Assembly (NCBI GenBank): GCA_020057405.1
Contig: JAGVFW010000007.1
Span: forward strand, 1 to 59,371
Direction: 5' to 3'
DNA from: an archaeon
GTDB lineage: Archaea; Micrarchaeota; Micrarchaeia; Norongarragalinales; UBA97
DNA length: 59,371 nt
Below are positions 48,778 through 56,872 of the stretch, piece by piece. Within the stretch, counting starts at the first letter, position 1. Every line of letters begins with the position of its first letter. The position numbers and the translations under genes were made by a program. Under the pieces are notes generated by a model. The model was not told where the DNA came from. It searched no databases and saw only the letters and a program-made list of their open reading frames with translations.

Positions 48778-50025
48778 CTAAAGCCGCCCGCGCCGCCTCT
48801 CGGCTTCGAGGATGCGCTTTATCGACAGGATGTAGGCGCCCTGGCGCATTGAGTGCTTGCGGCCGTTTGTCGCGTCAAGCACTCCAGTGTAGGCCTTCAC
48901 GATGGTCTCCTCGAGGCGCTTGTTCACTTCGGCCTCGGTCCAGTACTCGCCGTCAAGGTTTTGCAGCCACTCGAAGTAGCTCACGCAAACTCCGCCGCTG
49001 TTGGCAAGAATGTCGGGAATGACGAACACGCCTTTTGCGTGCAAGATGTCATCTCCCTCGGCATCAACGGGGCCGTTTGCGAGCTCAAGCACAATTTTTG
49101 CCTTCACGCGGGACGCGTTGCCTGCGGTAATCTGGTTTTCAAGCGCCGCTGGGACAAGAATGTCAACAGGCAACTCAAGGAGCTCCTCGTTTGACACGCG
49201 CTTGCCTTCAATGCCGTCAAGGCGTTTTTGTTCGTATTGTGCGATGATGCCGGGGATGTCAAGGCCGTTCTCGTCATAGAGGCCGCCCTGAGAGTTGCTA
49301 ACGGCAACGACTTTGGCTCCCCATGAGTGCAGGATGCGGGCGGCGTGCATGCCGGCGTTGCCGAATCCCTGTATGGCTACTGAGGCGCCCTCTAGCTTCA
49401 TGTCAGCGGTCTTTAGGGCCTCGCGGAGAACAAAAGCCCCGCCCATCGAAGTGGAGTACTCGCGCCCTAGGCTGCCGCCGTTGCTGACGGGCTTACCTGT
49501 AATCACGCCTGGCGCGGGTTTGCCAAGCCACTTTTCGTACTCGTCGCGCATCCAGCTCATGACTTCGCCGTTGGTGTTCACATCAGGAGCAGGAATGTCA
49601 ATGCGCTCGCCGACGACTGGGGCGATTGAGCGGAAGTAGGCGCGAGAGAGTCGCTCGAGTTCCGCCTTGCTTAAGGCTTTCGGGTCGACGATGATGCCGC
49701 CCTTGCCCCCGCCAAGCGGGAGGTCAAGGACCGCGCACTTGAATCCCATCAAAAACGCGAGCGTCTTTACTTCCTCGAGGTTCACAGACTGGTGGTAGCG
49801 GATGCCGCCCTTGAATGGCCCGCGGGCGTCGTTTGCTTGCACGCGGTAGCCGAGGAAAATCCGCACTGTTCCGTCATCCATCTTGACAGGCAGGCTGACT
49901 GCTAGGACGCGCTGGGGTGTCGAGAGCAGCTCGAACTCGGCTTTCGAGAGGGCAATCTTGCCTTCCATCTTGCCTAAAAATTTCGCTGCCGTGTCGCAGG
50001 CAAACGAGTAATTGTCTTGGGCCAT
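48778..50025 (-). CDS. gdhA: Glutamate dehydrogenase
   Basis: GPFKGGIRY, GGGKGG, PAPDV, QGFGNAG, ANGP, PDILAN.GGV; probable ATG at 50025. Confidence 0.95.
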   Translation of the reverse strand: MAQDNYSFACDTAAKFLGKMEGKIALSKAEFELLSTPQRVLAVSLPVKMDDGTVRIFLGYRVQANDARGPFKGGIRYHQSVNLEEVKTLAFLMGFKCAVLDLPLGGGKGGIIVDPKALSKAELERLSRAYFRSIAPVVGERIDIPAPDVNTNGEVMSWMRDEYEKWLGKPAPGVITGKPVSNGGSLGREYSTSMGGAFVLREALKTADMKLEGASVAIQGFGNAGMHAARILHSWGAKVVAVSNSQGGLYDENGLDIPGIIAQYEQKRLDGIEGKRVSNEELLELPVDILVPAALENQITAGNASRVKAKIVLELANGPVDAEGDDILHAKGVFVIPDILANSGGVCVSYFEWLQNLDGEYWTEAEVNKRLEETIVKAYTGVLDATNGRKHSMRQGAYILSIKRILEAERRRGRL

Positions 50026-50199
50026 CCTAAACCATTCCTCCAAAAAGCGGTAGTGGGAAGCATTGCTCCCTTCTGCTAGTTTGGCAGACAAGCTTTTTAC
50101 GCCTATTGCTTGCGGCCTTTCCTTTCCACAAGGATTAAAAGCTTGACTATCGTATTTGTGTTGGGCGTCCAACTCGACAACAATTTGAGGTGCTTTTTG

Positions 50200-50751
50200 A
50201 TGGAAACTAATTTGACGAGCGCAAGGAATTTCTTCGCAAGTTTTGCTGTTTTCGCACTCATGGGCTTTTTGCTCGCTGGCTGCCTGAACCAAAGCGGCAG
50301 CGCGACCCCGACGCCTTTTGTCAAGGACGATAGCGGCAACGGGACGGCTCCAACTCCGATTCCCCAAGTAATCGGCACGCCCATCCCGACAGTCACTGAA
50401 ACCAAGACAGGCATCGACAAAATCAATGACACGATTGCCTCAATAGTGCCGGACGGGACATACCAGCAAGACGCTAACTACTCGTACCCCAAGGGCACCA
50501 ACACCGTCCACTTCAGCGTTACCGTCGATGGTGACACCGTTACTAACGTGTCAGTTACTGCAGTTGGCGAGCTCGACCCGATTTCCACCAAGAAAGTCGC
50601 CGACTTTGGCGCGGCCCTCCCAAGCCTCGTCGTGGGCAAGAAAATCAACGAGCTTAACCTGCCTCGAAACGTCGCCGGCAGCTCGCTGACCAACGCGGCG
50701 TTCCAGTCTTATGTGGACGCGCTTGTGGCCAATCATGGCAGTGTAGCTTAA
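50200..50751 (+). CDS. Lipoprotein-like FMN-binding domain protein (flavinylation substrate)
   Basis: LLAGC lipobox-like signal, TP linker, V.GK...EL....VAGSSLT..AF motif; GAGGTG SD. Confidence 0.75.
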   Translation: METNLTSARNFFASFAVFALMGFLLAGCLNQSGSATPTPFVKDDSGNGTAPTPIPQVIGTPIPTVTETKTGIDKINDTIASIVPDGTYQQDANYSYPKGTNTVHFSVTVDGDTVTNVSVTAVGELDPISTKKVADFGAALPSLVVGKKINELNLPRNVAGSSLTNAAFQSYVDALVANHGSVA

Positions 50752-50776
50752 AAACCTTCAAGGGGCTAAAAGCCCA

Positions 50777-51667
50777 GTGATGGAACTGACGGCAAGGTCG
50801 GAACAAGTCCTCGGAACAACTATCGAGGTAAAAGTTCCAGCTGAAGCCGGCTGGTTTCTTCCCGACTGCTTTACCGAGCTCAAGCGCATCGAAGCGGCCT
50901 TTTCCCGATTTCTTGACGACTCGGAACTCTCCAAAATGAACTCGCGGCTGGGCGAGTGGCAGGCCTGTAGCGCCGAAATGGCCTTTCTTCTCTCAAAAGC
51001 GGTTGAAATCAACCGCGCTACTGACGGGAACTTTGACATCACGCTAAAAAATGCGCTTGAAAACCTGGGCTACGACCGGGAATACTCTTTCGTCCCAAAA
51101 GCATCTTCGGGCGCCGACGATAGCCCGCAGTCGCCGCAAGACGTGCAGGTCGACTTGGAGGGCAACCGCGTCAAGCTTCTAAAGCAAGTGGAGTTCGGCG
51201 GCTTTGGCAAAGGCTACGCGCTTGACTGCGTAAGCAATCTTCTTTTGAAAAACGGCGTCGAGCACTACTACATCAACGCGGGCGGCGACATTTACGCGAA
51301 AAAAGGAGCCGGCGGGGACGACTGGGTTGTGCTCCTTGAACACCCTGATGACCGGGAACGCGCCATTGGAACACTCAAGCTCGATGGCCTCTCGATTGCG
51401 GCCTCGGCGCCCAACCGGCGCAAGTGGGCTGGTGACAAGCACCACCTTCTCAACGCAAGGACGCGCCTGCCAGCGCAGGGAGTAAAGGCGATTTTCGTCA
51501 CAGCCAAGGCCGGGCTTGAAGCCGACGCTTATGCAACCGCAATCTTCACCGCAGGTTTTGACGAAGGCATTGCACTCTTTAGAAAGCTGCCTGTCGAAGT
51601 GCTCATGGTCTCAAGCGAAGACAAGATGTTTAAGAGCCCCGGGTTTGCCGGCGAACTGTTTTCCTAA
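50777..51667 (+). CDS. apbE: FAD:protein FMN transferase ApbE
   Basis: GT...FSRF..DSELS..N, FDIT, GG.GKGYA.D, NAGGDI, HHLL..RT, ADAYATA.F. Confidence 0.92.
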   Translation: MMELTARSEQVLGTTIEVKVPAEAGWFLPDCFTELKRIEAAFSRFLDDSELSKMNSRLGEWQACSAEMAFLLSKAVEINRATDGNFDITLKNALENLGYDREYSFVPKASSGADDSPQSPQDVQVDLEGNRVKLLKQVEFGGFGKGYALDCVSNLLLKNGVEHYYINAGGDIYAKKGAGGDDWVVLLEHPDDRERAIGTLKLDGLSIAASAPNRRKWAGDKHHLLNARTRLPAQGVKAIFVTAKAGLEADAYATAIFTAGFDEGIALFRKLPVEVLMVSSEDKMFKSPGFAGELFS

Positions 51668-51675
51668 TCGGCCGC

Positions 51676-51801
51676 TCAATCTTCGGGGTGGACGAAGTGG
51701 AAGGCCACGCCGGCTCCGACCACCAGCAATCCAAGCCAGTCTCCGCTGGCTAGAAACCACAGGCCGCCAAGGCCGATTAGCACCCAGTCAAGGTACATCA
51801 T
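51676..51801 (-). CDS. Putative 41-aa membrane peptide MMYLDWVLIGLGGLWFLASGDWLGLLVVGAGVAFHFVHPED
   Basis: Hand-translated; fills the gap directly downstream of the FTR1 gene; GAGG SD. Confidence 0.5.
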   Translation of the reverse strand: MMYLDWVLIGLGGLWFLASGDWLGLLVVGAGVAFHFVHPED

Positions 51802-51818
51802 GCTCGAGTGTCCTCGGT

Positions 51819-52649
51819 TCATTTCGCGTGCCCCCGTGAAATCTGCCGGTAAATCAAGTAAACTAGCGCCAGGTAGCCAAAATACGCGAGCAACTGCAAA
51901 AGCGACGGGCTGGTGTCGTAACCCACGATGCCCTTTAGCACGCCGCCAACCGCTCCCTTCTCGTGCAACAGCGGGAAAGTGCCGTCGGCGTTCAGAGCCG
52001 GCGTCACGTCGTAAATGTGCTCGATTAGGGGCGGGAGCACGCCAACTTCCTCGAGCTCGTGAACCCCCTGCGAGAGCAGCCCGGCCGCGAGCACCACGAG
52101 GACCGCGCTCGTTGCGAGAAAGAAAGTCTTGAAGTCAAGGCGGATGAAGCTCTTGAACACAAGATAGGCAAGAGCGGATGCGGCTAGCGCTCCCCCAAGC
52201 GCCCACGCTGCGCTGATGGCGCCGGTTGACAATGAAATGCCGTTGAGGAAGAGCACTACCTCGATTCCCTCGCGGAAGACGGCCACGAAGGCGAGTGCTG
52301 CAACGCCCAGCTCTTCCCCGACGTCGATTTTTTGCTTCAAGCCAGCCTCGACCTGCTTGGCCATGTTGCGCTGCCGAAACATCCAGAGGATGAGCCAAGT
52401 GACCAGGATTGCGGCCAAAACCAGCGTGACTCCCTCAAAAAGCGCTTCGTGTTCCTCAAACGTTTCGGCAGCAAAGCCGAACGCCCACGCGACTGCCACG
52501 CTCGCAAGAGCCGCGAGGGCCGAGCCGGCGACAACGAACTTGAGATAACGCGAGTTCCCGCTCTTCTGCAGGTAGGCAGCCATGATGCCTATAACCAAGA
52601 AGATTTCGAAGAACTCTCGGAAAGTTACTATGAATTCAGCTAAGGCCAT
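51819..52649 (-). CDS. FTR1/EfeU iron permease
   Basis: Two RExxE motifs (REFFE, REGIE); GVHELEE. Confidence 0.92.
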   Translation of the reverse strand: MALAEFIVTFREFFEIFLVIGIMAAYLQKSGNSRYLKFVVAGSALAALASVAVAWAFGFAAETFEEHEALFEGVTLVLAAILVTWLILWMFRQRNMAKQVEAGLKQKIDVGEELGVAALAFVAVFREGIEVVLFLNGISLSTGAISAAWALGGALAASALAYLVFKSFIRLDFKTFFLATSAVLVVLAAGLLSQGVHELEEVGVLPPLIEHIYDVTPALNADGTFPLLHEKGAVGGVLKGIVGYDTSPSLLQLLAYFGYLALVYLIYRQISRGHAK

Positions 52650-52889
52650 AAACTCACGACGAAAGTATAACAGAGTAATAACTGCTTATTAAGTGTGGCT
52701 TTCCGTTGGGAAAGTGCTCTCCCCCTGCACTTAGTCCTGGTCTAAGTTCACTCCCCCTGCACTGTCTCCTGGTCTCAGAGCGCAAGCCCGACCGGTTGCT
52801 CTGCGCAGATGTGCTGCATTTGGCATTTTAAAGCTCTCCAGCAATAGGTTCTTGTCGAGAGTTCTTGCGTCAATCAACTTGGTGAAAAA

Positions 52890-53465
52890 ATGCCTGCACG
52901 TTTTTGGGGAAAGCCAGAAAATGCGCCTGCGCATTTGAATTTGTTTCCTCAAAATTCCGCCTGGTTTTCGCACCACCTGCATTCTTTTTCGGAAGCATCA
53001 AGAATACCGCGAGAAGGACTGCTTTCTCAAAAGGAAGCTAAACGACTTGGAATGTCAATTGGTATGACTAATTGGTGGACTGCACATCCGGATAATGATA
53101 ATATACTCCTCTATGAACTCCGCCATCCGTTGGAACGGTTGGAAAGCCAAGATAAGTTTGGAAAGATTCGTGTTCTAATGTGGGGAGACACGCCCACTAC
53201 GCGTGATGAATCTGGCTCATTAGTAAGCAAAACAAGAATTCCTGCAGATTCCGTTTGCGCATTTATTGTTCCAGACAAAGAGAAGCTCAACCCCGATTCA
53301 AACGAACTATCGTTTTTTTACACCGCTCCAAAAAGCAAAGAAAAAGGAGAACTCGCACCTCAAGAAAAAGAAGAGCTCAGGTCCTTTTTGAATGCCGCTA
53401 AAGAACAAGGTATCCCCGTCTACAGCCGCGATGGGGAAAGATTGTGGCCAAAAATCAAAAAGTAG
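52890..53465 (+). CDS. Hypothetical protein, possible ADP-ribosyltransferase-like fold
   Basis: H.......RI.REGLLS and RIP...V..FIV motifs; AT-richer than the flanks. Fold call is weak. Confidence 0.5.
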   Translation: MPARFWGKPENAPAHLNLFPQNSAWFSHHLHSFSEASRIPREGLLSQKEAKRLGMSIGMTNWWTAHPDNDNILLYELRHPLERLESQDKFGKIRVLMWGDTPTTRDESGSLVSKTRIPADSVCAFIVPDKEKLNPDSNELSFFYTAPKSKEKGELAPQEKEELRSFLNAAKEQGIPVYSRDGERLWPKIKK

Positions 53466-53644
53466 CACTTAGAGTCCAGGTCTCCGCTTACTCCCCCTGC
53501 ATAGGTCCACTTCTAGACTACGCCTAAGTGCACTTCTAGGGATTTGAACATCCCATCTTGTTTTCACGCTGGGCTCAAGCTCAAGAACTATTTAAAGACT
53601 GCACCAGCATCGCCTTCAAATACTTACTTTTTCTATTTCGTAAT

Positions 53645-54460
53645 ATGAAGCGTTCGGCAGTAATCACAAACTCTCACGCATTGCCTGTGTTTGAATCATT
53701 GAAAGCCGCTTCCAAGCGCCTTCAGGTTCCAATTTTTCTTGGTGGAGGAAGTTTGCGAGGCTATCATCTGAGAGCATATCACGGCATTACTGCGCCGGAA
53801 CGCGACTATGACGTCTATGTTGCAAGTAATTTGCACGGGATACTGAAACAATTGAAAACCGAGTTTAAGGATGCAAGAATAACTCGTCACAATCTCACGG
53901 ACGGGATGCCTACGGTCGAAGTGGTGCTTCCGAATAACCTCGTCTTTCATTTTGCCACAATCCGTGGAAACGCCAACCTTTACGGGAAAGCTGAGATTGA
54001 GGTCAAAGCCCTGCTGAAAAGCCATGCCGTTACTGGTGCGGACTTCACGGCTAATGCAATGTACTTGGATGTTAACGACCTTAATGCCCCTTCGAGAGTA
54101 TTCGATCCATTTAACGGAAGGGTCGATATCAAGCGAAAAATTATCCGTGTCGTAAGTCCGTCGGTTTTCTCTTCACCGGGTTCTGAACAAGCATTACTCC
54201 GCGCAGCTAGGATGGCCCAGACAATGAAGGGCGAGTTTTCTGACGATACTGCAAGACTGATGAAAGAGAGTGCAGCTAGTGTCACTCGAGTACCGAACTA
54301 TCGGATTAGGCGAGAACTTGAAGCATTACTGAAAGGAGACGACCCGAGGCGGTGGCTTAAAGTGCTTTGGAATTCTGACGTCCTAAAACACCTGTTTCCA
54401 TCAATGACTGCACCTACCCGAGCACAAGTTAGAAGGGAATTGGAAAAACTTCCAAAGTAA
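53645..54460 (+). CDS. Divergent class II (bacterial CCA/poly(A) polymerase-like) nucleotidyltransferase
   Basis: LGGGSLR, DYDV, DFTANAM, DPFNG..DI....IR.V, LLRAAR, RI..EL..LL. Confidence 0.8.
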   Translation: MKRSAVITNSHALPVFESLKAASKRLQVPIFLGGGSLRGYHLRAYHGITAPERDYDVYVASNLHGILKQLKTEFKDARITRHNLTDGMPTVEVVLPNNLVFHFATIRGNANLYGKAEIEVKALLKSHAVTGADFTANAMYLDVNDLNAPSRVFDPFNGRVDIKRKIIRVVSPSVFSSPGSEQALLRAARMAQTMKGEFSDDTARLMKESAASVTRVPNYRIRRELEALLKGDDPRRWLKVLWNSDVLKHLFPSMTAPTRAQVRRELEKLPK

Positions 54461-54714
54461 AATTGAGGCTAGTTATAGATTGCGACTCAATCGTGTCCCG
54501 CAAAGTCCACTTCTAGACCCAGCCTAAGCGCACTCCCCCTGCATCTTGTATCTTTCTAGAGTCTTGACTTTTTCTCCTCGTCAATCCCCTAGAGGCTTCT
54601 CGTCGCTCGCCTAAGAAAGACAGACTCTAGTAAGAAGCTAGAGTTACTCCCCCTAAAGCCCTTAGGCCCGGATACTTATTTCCTTGCAGATTTAAAAGAA
54701 GAGAAATTTTGCCG

Positions 54715-54753
54715 CTAGCAGCAGCAATCGCAGGGTTCGCCGGGTCCAGCCAT
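54715..54753 (-). CDS. Putative 12-aa Cys-rich micropeptide MAGPGEPCDCCC
   Basis: GAGG SD; last ORF of the grx/GDCCVxC run. Confidence 0.45.
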   Translation of the reverse strand: MAGPGEPCDCCC

Positions 54754-54770
54754 CTTCTTCGCCTCTTTTT

Positions 54771-54953
54771 TTACTTGACTGAACTGCTTTCGCACTTGCT
54801 TTTCGAGTAACTGCACACCACGCAGCACGAGGGCGGTTTGGCGGCGATGAGCTTGCCGCAGGAGGTGCATTTCGCGAAGGGCAGGCAGCCGTTCTTGGGC
54901 GTTTGCACTCCGGCTTCCATGCCGCACTCAGGGCAAGTTATTTTGGCCTTCAT
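54771..54953 (-). CDS. GDCCVxC-domain small metal-binding protein
   Basis: ITCPECG...C..F..C..CG......CCVVCSY....C. Confidence 0.8.
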   Translation of the reverse strand: MKAKITCPECGMEAGVQTPKNGCLPFAKCTSCGKLIAAKPPSCCVVCSYSKSKCESSSVK

Positions 54954-54959
54954 TCCAGC

Positions 54960-55199
54960 TTAAAGTCCGAGGGCCTGCTTTATCGAGGGCTTGTCGAAGC
55001 CGACGATTATCTTGCCGTCGATTTCGATGACTGGCACGCCCATCTGGCCGCTGCGCTCTATCATTTCCTCGGCGCGCTCGCGGTCGCTGGCAACGTCAAA
55101 CTCAGAGTACTTCACATTGTTTTCCTTGAAGTACTGCTTTGCCAGCTTGCAGTAGACGCAAGTGGGGGTCGAGTAGATTGTTACTTTGTGGTCAGCCAT
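54960..55199 (-). CDS. Glutaredoxin (NrdH/YruB-like)
   Basis: YSTPTCVYC, SGQMGVPV, GFD. Confidence 0.93.
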   Translation of the reverse strand: MADHKVTIYSTPTCVYCKLAKQYFKENNVKYSEFDVASDRERAEEMIERSGQMGVPVIEIDGKIIVGFDKPSIKQALGL

Positions 55200-55222
55200 G
55201 GTTCTCCAGTCCTCCTAGTAGT

Positions 55223-55930
55223 TCATTTCTTGTTTAATGCGATTGCGTGCGCAGCCCCGTGCTTGCGCTTGCCTTCTGACTCGGTGTCGACATAGCCGTT
55301 GACGATGAGGCGGCCAAGCGGCGTTAGCGTCACGCCAACAGACCCGCCCCTGCGGGTGCAGGTAATGAGGCCAAGCTCGTCGAGGCCGATTTTTTTCTTG
55401 CTGCCGCGCAGGTGGTAGATGACTAGGGGCAGGCTCATGCCCGCCGATGCCGAAAGCGCCTCAAGCGACTTGACTTCCTTCTCTGCAATCAGCTTGAGGA
55501 GATTTAGCTTCTTGTCTGAAATTGCCGAGTAGTAGCTGAACTTCATGATGGGGTAGGCGATGATGCGCTCGTCAAGCACGCCGATTGCCTGGATGCCGTT
55601 GACAAAGGCGGCTGAAAGGGCAATGCAGGAGGTGCGGTAGTCGGCATCGGTGTTGAGGACAATCTTCTTTCCGGGGTTGTCGGACTTGATTTCGGAAACG
55701 GCCCGAAAGACGCCCTCAAAACTCATTTCAGTGAGAGTGCGCGCCTCGACCTTCATCGACTTTGGCAGTTCACGGCTCACGCGCTTGACGTTGGCGTCCT
55801 TCCCCTCGCCATAAGTAAGCATGACGACCTTGTCGGCAGGAAAGAGGTTGAAGCCAAGCGAAAGCACTTCGCCGGCATCGTCGTCCGTCCCAATAATGGC
55901 TACACAAACAGTTTCCACAAACACACCCAA
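55223..55930 (-). CDS. CARF-like Rossmann + winged-HTH transcriptional regulator (Csa3/DUF6293-like)
   Basis: Rossmann N-domain (..AAFVNGI), then wHTH (SL..LS...GMS.PL..YHL...L.ELGLI...LT.LG). Confidence 0.7.
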   Translation of the reverse strand: MGVFVETVCVAIIGTDDDAGEVLSLGFNLFPADKVVMLTYGEGKDANVKRVSRELPKSMKVEARTLTEMSFEGVFRAVSEIKSDNPGKKIVLNTDADYRTSCIALSAAFVNGIQAIGVLDERIIAYPIMKFSYYSAISDKKLNLLKLIAEKEVKSLEALSASAGMSLPLVIYHLRGSKKKIGLDELGLITCTRRGGSVGVTLTPLGRLIVNGYVDTESEGKRKHGAAHAIALNKK

Positions 55931-55943
55931 TAGTTAAATAAAA

Positions 55944-55960
55944 ACTTTAATATTTAAAGT
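55944..55960. promoter_or_regulatory. Palindrome ACTTTAA-TAT-TTAAAGT overlapping the TATA box of the regulator
   Basis: Perfect 7-bp inverted repeat. Confidence 0.5.
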
Positions 55961-56015
55961 ATGGGTTTAACCGGCGTTTTGCCGGCTAAAGGCAGCTTAA
56001 GCTCCGGAAAGCCGC

Positions 56016-56177
56016 TTAGCAGCAGATGCAACCGCACTTGCACTTTGCCGTCGTGATGTCGCAGCAATTGCACGGGCACACGGAATTGGCTGCCTTGGGT
56101 CTTCCGATTGACTTGACAGTTGGCTTTGCAGGCTTGATTGTTTTGACTGACTTTGTAGGATGGATTGTTTTCTTCAT
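56016..56177 (-). CDS. Metallothionein-like 53-aa peptide MKKTIHPTKSVKTIKPAKPTVKSIGRPKAANSVCPCNCCDITTAKCKCGCICC
   Basis: Hand-translated; GGTGA SD; 9 Cys in the last 20 aa; downstream hairpin CCGGC-N5-GCCGG at 55971..55985. Confidence 0.7.
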   Translation of the reverse strand: MKKTIHPTKSVKTIKPAKPTVKSIGRPKAANSVCPCNCCDITTAKCKCGCICC

Positions 56178-56261
56178 AACTCTCACCACGCTAATCCTTT
56201 CGCAGCCCCGAGGTTAAATTGCTTCGCTTAGCCCTACTATGATGCAATTGGCTACTGCAGC

Positions 56262-56357
56262 TTAGCAGCAATAGTGGCCGCACGAGCACGCCTTGCCCTT
56301 CGCCATCTTCGCAGTCTTCTTGGCCGTCTTTGCAATTTTCGTCGTCTTCTTTACCAT
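56262..56357 (-). CDS. 31-aa Lys-rich, Cys-tailed peptide MVKKTTKIAKTAKKTAKMAKGKACSCGHYCC
   Basis: Hand-translated; GGGGTGA SD; TATA-like TTTTAAT upstream. Confidence 0.65.
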   Translation of the reverse strand: MVKKTTKIAKTAKKTAKMAKGKACSCGHYCC

Positions 56358-56473
56358 GCGCTTTCACCCCTCACTAAATGCAAGTTGGTTAAACGCAGAG
56401 GCGATTAAAAAAACTTGAGTTGAAGTCCCGCCGGGCAAAGCCGTAAAAACCTCCGGCCAGCCTATTTTGCATT

Positions 56474-56809
56474 ATGAAGCGGGGCTTCCACTGGTTTACC
56501 TACGCCGAGTGGGCGTTCCTTTTGCTAACCGTGCTTTTAGCGCTCGGGGTGGCTTCGGATGGCTTTAGCGAACGATCAGTACTGGGCACGATTACCAACA
56601 CGTTCTTCGCTTTCCTCGACGTCATTGCCTTAGCCTTAACCGGCGCGGCCGCGGTAGTCGCGCTTGCAAACGGCCTTGGCGTGCTCGCTTTCTTCGCGCT
56701 TTTCGCACTCGGCCTGGTCTTCTTCCGCGAGCGCGTGCTCGAAATTGGCATGATTGCAGTCATCATGCTATTTGCAATAGCAGTTCTCTTTGGCGGCATC
56801 TACGCATAG
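56474..56809 (+). CDS. Small hydrophobic membrane protein
   Basis: 3-4 TM helices. Confidence 0.65.
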   Translation: MKRGFHWFTYAEWAFLLLTVLLALGVASDGFSERSVLGTITNTFFAFLDVIALALTGAAAVVALANGLGVLAFFALFALGLVFFRERVLEIGMIAVIMLFAIAVLFGGIYA

Positions 56810-56872
56810 CTTAAGCTGAGGAAAATAAAAAAAATTGTCCCGGCCAGCCGGGGGTTCTTGAAAAGCAGCTGC

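Larger units (their letters stand above)
52719..54654 (+). repeat. Dispersed repeats derived from the tRNA-Leu 3' end and trailer, flanking two AT-richer genes
   Basis: CTCCCCCTGCA at 52719, 52751, 53491, 54533 (partial at 54647); inverted trailer copies at 53503..53532 and 54503..54532; matching sequence at the tRNA, 59160..59196. Confidence 0.8.

Noticed and set aside
50026-50367. Long N-terminal extension of GDH (similar cases for fen, the HTH-CBS regulator and hydrogenase beta)
   Set aside because: ORF-caller extension to upstream alternative starts; homology begins at internal ATGs, and the extensions overlap divergent genes or promoters.
52719-54660. CRISPR array
   Set aside because: Repeats are irregularly spaced, in both orientations, separated by whole genes and match a tRNA end; no cas genes.
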